The position numbers and the translations under genes were made by a program. Positions 48,889-53,973 of a DNA stretch of 53,973 nucleotides are shown one piece after another (the first letter of the stretch is position 1; every line of letters starts with the position of its first letter). The DNA comes from Candidatus Altimarinota bacterium. GTDB taxonomy: Bacteria > Patescibacteriota > Gracilibacteria > JBDHUY01. Under the pieces are notes generated by a model, which had not been told where the DNA came from, searched no databases, and worked only from the letters and a program-made list of their open reading frames with translations. The stretch spans positions 1 to 53,973 of the forward strand of contig JBDHUY010000014.1 of assembly GCA_039809385.1 (NCBI GenBank), given 5' to 3'.

Positions 48889-49074
48889 GAATGGGATCAA
48901 GTATAAAGTATTTGGTATAAAGTATTAAGTATGGAGCAGGGGATCATATGGTCCGGATACTCTTCTCCTATATGTTTGTGTTTTCATGGAAGGATGATTG
49001 TAAGCATCAGAAAAAAAGCTATGTGATGAAGCAGTGAATTGTCTTATGTACCTTATATTTTATCCCTGCCCCCT

Positions 49075-49159
49075 GCCGTTGTGGTGAAACCGGTAGACAC
49101 GCGGGACTTAAAATCCCGTTCCTTCGGGAGTGTGGGTTCGAGTCCCACCAACGGCACCA
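49075..49159 (+). tRNA. tRNA-Leu(TAA)
   Basis: Acceptor GCCGTTG/CAACGGC, loop CTTAAAA, long variable arm, GGTTCGAGTCC, encoded CCA. Confidence 0.96.
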
Positions 49160-49259
49160 TTTTTTCGCTCCTGCAAGTTTTTTTTAAAAAAAGGTTGCGC
49201 CTTCAAATCTTATAGTGTAAATTTTCTCTGCTGTATTTGCTGTACGGCTGTCTATTATT

Positions 49260-49487
49260 ATGTCAAAAGAAGATACATTAGTCGTGGAGGGGGTTGTTCA
49301 AGAATGTCTACCCAATACTATGTTTCGGGTACAGATCGATGACAAGGCATTTAAACAACCTGTGCTGGCACATCTGTCCGGCAAAATGCGTATGAATTTT
49401 ATAAAAATTCTTCCGGGAGATCGGGTAAAAGTTGAAATGAGCGTCTATGACGTAACCAAAGGACGTATTACTTACCGTTTTAAATAA
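49260..49487 (+). CDS. infA: Translation initiation factor IF-1
   Basis: EG.V.E.LPN.MFRV, LSGKMR...I.ILPGDRV and KGRITYR. Confidence 0.97.
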   Translation: MSKEDTLVVEGVVQECLPNTMFRVQIDDKAFKQPVLAHLSGKMRMNFIKILPGDRVKVEMSVYDVTKGRITYRFK

Positions 49488-49491
49488 GCAC

Positions 49492-49605
49492 ATGAAAGTT
49501 CGTTCTTCGGTAAAACCGATGTGTCAAAAATGCAAAATTATTCGGCGCAAAAATATTGTCCGCATTTTGTGCGTAACTCCCAAACATAAGCAGAGGCAGG
49601 GGTGA
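49492..49605 (+). CDS. rpmJ: 50S ribosomal protein L36 (not in the ORF track)
   Basis: Manual translation [40 protein letters not shown]. Confidence 0.97.
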   Translation: MKVRSSVKPMCQKCKIIRRKNIVRILCVTPKHKQRQG

Positions 49606-49699
49606 TAGCTACTCCAGTTTCTGTCTTTTTTTGTTTTGATCGGGTCGCGCAAGTTGTATTCTCGTCTTTTCTACTCTACCAAGTTATATTATATCCGCT

Positions 49700-50074
49700 A
49701 TGGCTCGTATCGCTGGTGTCAATCTGCCGAAAGAAAAGCGTCTCGAAATAGGTCTTACGTATATCCACGGCCTCGGACGCAGCACTTCTCAAAAGATCTG
49801 TTCCGCTTTGAAAATCGATCCGAATAAGAAAGTTGCCGATCTGTCGGACGTGGATGTTTCCCGCTTGGTCGATGCGATCAAATCGTATGTGGTAGAGGGA
49901 GATTTGCGGAGAAAAGTTTCGATGGATGTTAAACGTTTGCAGGAAGTAGGTTCCTATCGTGGCTATCGCCATAAGAGAGCCTTGCCGGTTCGCGGACAAC
50001 GTACCCGAACCAATGCCCGAACCAAAAGAGGTAAGCGCGTCACGGTAGCCGGTAAGAAGAAAGAGACCAAGTAG
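49700..50074 (+). CDS. rpsM: 30S ribosomal protein S13
   Basis: [10 protein letters not shown]...[14 protein letters not shown]. Confidence 0.98.
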   Translation: MARIAGVNLPKEKRLEIGLTYIHGLGRSTSQKICSALKIDPNKKVADLSDVDVSRLVDAIKSYVVEGDLRRKVSMDVKRLQEVGSYRGYRHKRALPVRGQRTRTNARTKRGKRVTVAGKKKETK

Positions 50075-50128
50075 TATGTTGTAGGATAGTCTATTTATTT
50101 TATTCGCGGTTTCTCACTTTTTATATCT

Positions 50129-50632
50129 ATGGCGGAACAAGAACTCCAAACACCTGCTGAAAAAAACGAACAGACCGCAGTATCCAAAAAAGATGCGACC
50201 ACTGTTTCGGATGCTGCTGTAGCCAAAGGCGAAGAAGCTACTGGAGCAAAAGCTTCCAAGTCCCGGAAAAAGAGTAAAAAATCTGTTCCTCTCGCCAAAG
50301 TTTTTATCCAGGCAAGTTATAATAATACGATTGTCAGTGTTGCAGACGATAACGGAAACGTCATTTCCTGGTCTTCTGCCGGAAATTGCGGATTCAAGGG
50401 CGCTCGCAAATCTACACCGTATGCAGCTCAGGTTACTGCCGAAAAAGCTATGGAGAAAGCTGAAGTATTCGGAGTGACCGAGGTTAATGTCTATGTTAAG
50501 GGTGTCGGTTCCGGACGCGATCAGGCGGTACGGGGAATCGTAAGCCGTCCGAATGTCAGTGTTCTTTCGATCAACGATATTACTCCCATTCCGCACGGAG
50601 GGGTACGCAAGAAGAAAGTACGCCGTGTGTAG
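50129..50632 (+). CDS. rpsK: 30S ribosomal protein S11 with N-terminal extension
   Basis: ASYNNTI, GFKGARKSTPYAA and DITPIPHGG. Confidence 0.97.
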   Translation: MAEQELQTPAEKNEQTAVSKKDATTVSDAAVAKGEEATGAKASKSRKKSKKSVPLAKVFIQASYNNTIVSVADDNGNVISWSSAGNCGFKGARKSTPYAAQVTAEKAMEKAEVFGVTEVNVYVKGVGSGRDQAVRGIVSRPNVSVLSINDITPIPHGGVRKKKVRRV

Positions 50633-50674
50633 CCTCCAGGTTTTTATCTTTTTGTTTTCTTTTAATCGGTCGCT

Positions 50675-51295
50675 ATGAAGTATACTGGTCCACGTTGTCG
50701 TTTGTGTCGTCGCGAAGGAAAGAAACTTTTTCTTAAAGGTGAAAAATGTTTTACCCAGAAATGTCCAGTTACGCGGCGTAACTATCCTCCCGGGCAGCAT
50801 AAAAAAACTTTCGGAAAACCTACCGAATATGCTATTCAGCTGAGAGAGAAGCAAAAAGCCAAGCGAATTTACGGACTCAACGAGACTCAGTTCGCCAATT
50901 ATTATGCCAGAGCTGTTCGTAAAAAGGGCTCGGTTACTGGCGACATGATGTTTGCCTTGTTGGAATCTCGTTTTGACAATGTTATCTATCGCTCTGGACT
51001 GGCCGATTCCCGCAATCAAGCCCGTCAGTTTGTGTCGCACGGTCTTTTAAAACTAAACGGTAAGGTTGTTACGATTCCTTCGATTCAGGTTCGTGCTGGC
51101 GATTATTTCGAAATTACCGATGCTCAAAAAGAGAATCAGGTCTTTCGGGAAAAAAAGAATCAAAAAACTGATGTTCCCGGATGGCTTGAACTTGATATAA
51201 AAAACCTGAAAGGCAACGTCAAACGAGAATTGGCAAAAGAAGATCTTCCCAATGAAGTGGATGCACAGCTGATCGTCGAGTATTACTCCCGTTAG
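50675..51295 (+). CDS. rpsD: 30S ribosomal protein S4
   Basis: YTGPRCRLCRREG, QLREKQK, LESRFDN and IVEYYSR. Confidence 0.98.
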   Translation: MKYTGPRCRLCRREGKKLFLKGEKCFTQKCPVTRRNYPPGQHKKTFGKPTEYAIQLREKQKAKRIYGLNETQFANYYARAVRKKGSVTGDMMFALLESRFDNVIYRSGLADSRNQARQFVSHGLLKLNGKVVTIPSIQVRAGDYFEITDAQKENQVFREKKNQKTDVPGWLELDIKNLKGNVKRELAKEDLPNEVDAQLIVEYYSR

Positions 51296-51388
51296 TACCG
51301 CTTTGCAAGTTACTACTGTGTGTTTGCCTGGCGCAATAATCAAAAAAATCTATCAACTATTATTACTAATTAACCGTTCCTCATTACT

Positions 51389-52369
51389 ATGCATTCAATT
51401 CACGAGGAAATTGGTCTTCCAAAAATTACGGTTGAGGAAATATCCTCTCATGAGTTTGTGTTTGTTATGAACCCTCTTCCGCAGGGGTACGGTACTACGT
51501 TGGGCAATGCCTTGCGTCGCGTCCTTCTTTCTACTTTGCCTGGATGTGCCGTAACGGGAGTAAAAATAAAGGGTGTGTCACACGAATATAGTACGCTGCC
51601 TTTTATTAAAGAAACCGTTCTGGATGTCTTGCTTAATCTGAAACTCCTTCGCGTCAAAAAAGATGGAAAAGATTCTTCCTTTTTGAAATTGAAAGTTTCA
51701 GGAGAAAAGGAGGTTACGGCAGCTGATATCAAAGCTTCTTCTGATGTACACATACTCAATCCCGATTTGCATTTGGCCACCCTTACGGATAAGAAGGCTG
51801 AGCTTGACATGGATATTCGCATCGATAAAGGGGTTGGTTATATGTCAATTGCCGAATTGAAGAAAGAAGAGAAAGACGCAGAGATTATTTTGATCGATGC
51901 TTCTTTTTCACCTGTCATGCATGTCGCTTATACGGTCACCGCAGCTCGTGTCGGGCAGAAGACCAATCTGGATAAACTCGAAATCCGTGTCAAAACCGAT
52001 TCTTCCATTACACCGAAAGAAGCGCTTTTGTTTGCCGCCGAAGTCTTAAAATCGTATTTTTCTTTGTTTGGCAAGGACGGTGTCGTAGTCGAATCCGCCT
52101 TTATCGCAAATGCTGATGTCATTTTGCAAAAAGAGCAGGAAGAAAAAGAAAAAGAAGATCACAAAGAATCGTATACCCCGATCGAGGTGTTAAATCTTTC
52201 TCCGCGTACGCTCAACGCTTTGATTAACGGAAATATCGGTTCGATCGAACAGTTGATCAAATGTACTGAAAGCAAACTGGGAAATCTGAGAGGTTTTGGC
52301 AAAAAAGCTATGACCGAGATCAAAACAGCCTTGAAGGAGCGCGGACTAAAGCTTTTGGGTGATGATTAA
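51389..52369 (+). CDS. rpoA: RNA polymerase subunit alpha
   Basis: GYGTTLGNALRRVLLS, DASFSPV, RVGQKTNLDKL and alpha-CTD. Confidence 0.98.
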   Translation: MHSIHEEIGLPKITVEEISSHEFVFVMNPLPQGYGTTLGNALRRVLLSTLPGCAVTGVKIKGVSHEYSTLPFIKETVLDVLLNLKLLRVKKDGKDSSFLKLKVSGEKEVTAADIKASSDVHILNPDLHLATLTDKKAELDMDIRIDKGVGYMSIAELKKEEKDAEIILIDASFSPVMHVAYTVTAARVGQKTNLDKLEIRVKTDSSITPKEALLFAAEVLKSYFSLFGKDGVVVESAFIANADVILQKEQEEKEKEDHKESYTPIEVLNLSPRTLNALINGNIGSIEQLIKCTESKLGNLRGFGKKAMTEIKTALKERGLKLLGDD

Positions 52370-52493
52370 TCGGGGTATATAGAGATTTATTAGAAAAAGG
52401 ATGAGCTTTCCGTGATCGATGAAAAGTTTCTTGCAAATTTACAAACAGTTCCTATACACAATACGCCATACTTTATACTAGATACTTTTCTCT

Positions 52494-52850
52494 ATGCGTC
52501 ATCAAAAAAAGAAGCTCAAGATAGGTCGCGATCAGGATCATAAGGAATCACTGAAACGAAATCTGGTCACTCAGTTATTCCTGCACGAAAGAATTAAGAC
52601 CACTGCCCGCAAGGCTGAATTTGCGATTCCGTTGGCCGAAAGGTTGATATCATCCGCCCTGCAACTAGAAGGATTCAACGCTGTCAGAGCGCTTAAACGG
52701 TATATTACAAGCGATATTGCTTCGCGCAAAGTCCTGGAAGTGTATAAGGACCGCTATAAAAACCGAAAAAGCGGATTCACCCGTGTAACCAAATTGTCTT
52801 TCCGCAAAGGCGATAATGCTCCTTTGGTGCTGCTCGAACTTGTTTCCTAA
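52494..52850 (+). CDS. rplQ: 50S ribosomal protein L17
   Basis: MRHQ...HERIKTT...SGFTR...RKGDNA. Confidence 0.97.
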   Translation: MRHQKKKLKIGRDQDHKESLKRNLVTQLFLHERIKTTARKAEFAIPLAERLISSALQLEGFNAVRALKRYITSDIASRKVLEVYKDRYKNRKSGFTRVTKLSFRKGDNAPLVLLELVS

Positions 52851-52866
52851 AAATCTTTATTTTCCC

Positions 52867-53295
52867 ATGAAAACGTATTTTCCGAAATCAAACGAAATAA
52901 AGCGAAGCTGGTATATTATCGATGCGCAGGACAAAGTTTTGGGTGATGTGGCTACGCATGTCGCGGATCTGTTGAGAGGAAAAAATAAACCTGTATTTTC
53001 GCCTCATCTGGATTCGGGAGATTTTGTCGTCGTTATCAATGCCCAAAAAGTTAAAGTGACCGGACAAAAACCAGTACAAAAACTGTATCGTTCCCACTCA
53101 GGATATTTTGGACATTTGCGCGAGATTTCTCTGAAAGATATGCTCGAAAAGAAACCGGAAGAACTTCTTGAGAATGCAGTTGCCGGAATGCTTCCAAAAA
53201 ACAGAATGCGGAAAGATTTTCTGAAAAAGCTAAAGATCTATGCGGGCAGTGAACATCCGCATGCTGCTCAGCAGCCCCAAGAATTTACTTTTTAA
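52867..53295 (+). CDS. rplM: 50S ribosomal protein L13
   Basis: WYIIDA, LRGKNKP, GDFVVVINA, GMLPKN and HPHAAQQP; start at MKTYF. Confidence 0.97.
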   Translation: MKTYFPKSNEIKRSWYIIDAQDKVLGDVATHVADLLRGKNKPVFSPHLDSGDFVVVINAQKVKVTGQKPVQKLYRSHSGYFGHLREISLKDMLEKKPEELLENAVAGMLPKNRMRKDFLKKLKIYAGSEHPHAAQQPQEFTF

Positions 53296-53313
53296 TAGCT
53301 TTTTTTATTCCTC

Positions 53314-53739
53314 ATGGTAAAAGATACGACCGCATCATCCAACACTCCCAAAGGCTCTTACATGTTTGCTACCGGAAAGCGTAAAACGGCAGTAGCTTCC
53401 GTTCGTTTGTATAAAGGCGAGGGTAATATTACGATTAACGGAATAGCTTTGAAGGATTACGCGCATAATAAATACGAGACCGATACCTTGATCTCTGCGC
53501 TTGTTCTTACCGACGCCCGTACAAAACTGGATTGCAGTATCGAAGTCTCCGGAGGAGGCAGACATGCTCAGCTTGAGGCAATTCGCCATGCTTTGTCCCG
53601 CGCATTGGTCCAGCACGAGCTTATGCTAAGACCTACTCTTAAAAAAGCCGGATTTTTAACCCGCGATTCCCGCGTCAAAGAACGTAAAAAACCCGGTCTC
53701 AAACGAGCTCGCCGTTCGCCGCAGTGGGCTAAACGTTAA
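53314..53739 (+). CDS. rpsI: 30S ribosomal protein S9
   Basis: TGKRKTAVA, GGG..AQ..AIRH and TRDSRVKERKKPG. Confidence 0.97.
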   Translation: MVKDTTASSNTPKGSYMFATGKRKTAVASVRLYKGEGNITINGIALKDYAHNKYETDTLISALVLTDARTKLDCSIEVSGGGRHAQLEAIRHALSRALVQHELMLRPTLKKAGFLTRDSRVKERKKPGLKRARRSPQWAKR

Positions 53740-53763
53740 GATATTCCGATTGAAATTTTTCTT

Positions 53764-53798
53764 AAAAATCCGCACTCAGAAGAGCAGCGGATTTTTTT
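53764..53798 (+). terminator. Intrinsic terminator after rpsI
   Basis: AAAAATCCGC...GCGGATTTTTTT. Confidence 0.8.
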
Positions 53799-53973
53799 GT
53801 TAGATTCATATGTATATTTCTCTTTCGTGAGTTTCTTTTTGTTACGAAAAGGACCGATCATACGTTTTCCCTTTCAAAAAGCGATAGCGTTTTTTGGTTT
53901 AAGGTAAGGGTAGAAGCGGGAATTGTCCGCAGAATTTAGGTTTTGTTCATGTTTGGTCTTGTAGAATAATAGA

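Noticed and set aside
49492-49605. Genetic code 25 (UGA=Gly) as in some Gracilibacteria/Absconditabacteria
   Set aside because: rpmJ ends at TGA at its canonical length, and long conserved genes have no internal TGA
50114-51040. Long antisense ORFs (e.g. 308 aa opposite rpsK/rpsD, 279 aa opposite murC)
   Set aside because: Shadow frames of conserved genes with no recognisable motifs

Overview
Chromosomal segment of a small-genome bacterium, most likely Patescibacteria/CPR (Peregrinibacteria/Abawacabacteria-like). This is inferred from gene content: repeated ~550-aa Cys-rich proteins beside a TrmB regulator, a stand-alone VirB4, homodimeric GlyRS and SD-less starts. TGA is used as stop, so code 11. 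Housekeeping genes dominate: hpf, Ham1/RdgB-like, glyQS, cysS, recO, ftsX, clpC, tmk, dut, dcd, der, tsaB, murC, murB, ruvA, lemA-htpX, rsmH-ftsL-like, an M18 aminopeptidase, tRNA-Cys, tRNA-Leu and infA-rpmJ-rpsM-rpsK-rpsD-rpoA-rplQ-rplM-rpsI. AT-richer orphan genes are interleaved. The most notable signals are: (1) a glycine T-box riboswitch with an ultrashort Stem I and a terminator-type platform upstream of the Ham1-glyQS genes; (2) a four-helix-bundle gene bracketed by inverted heptamer arrays that could loop it out of the dut-tmk mRNA, with several 'empty' inverted-array sites and many other 7/9/11-nt arrays; (3) three Cys-rich zinc-ribbon/repeat paralogs near a TrmB gene, one carrying an in-frame REP-like palindrome; (4) a phage-free amidase plus holin-like pair; (5) a CIRCE operator over a consensus sigma70 promoter of clpC. 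No CRISPR array, integrase, transposase or reverse transcriptase was seen. All calls are by eye; no searches were run.
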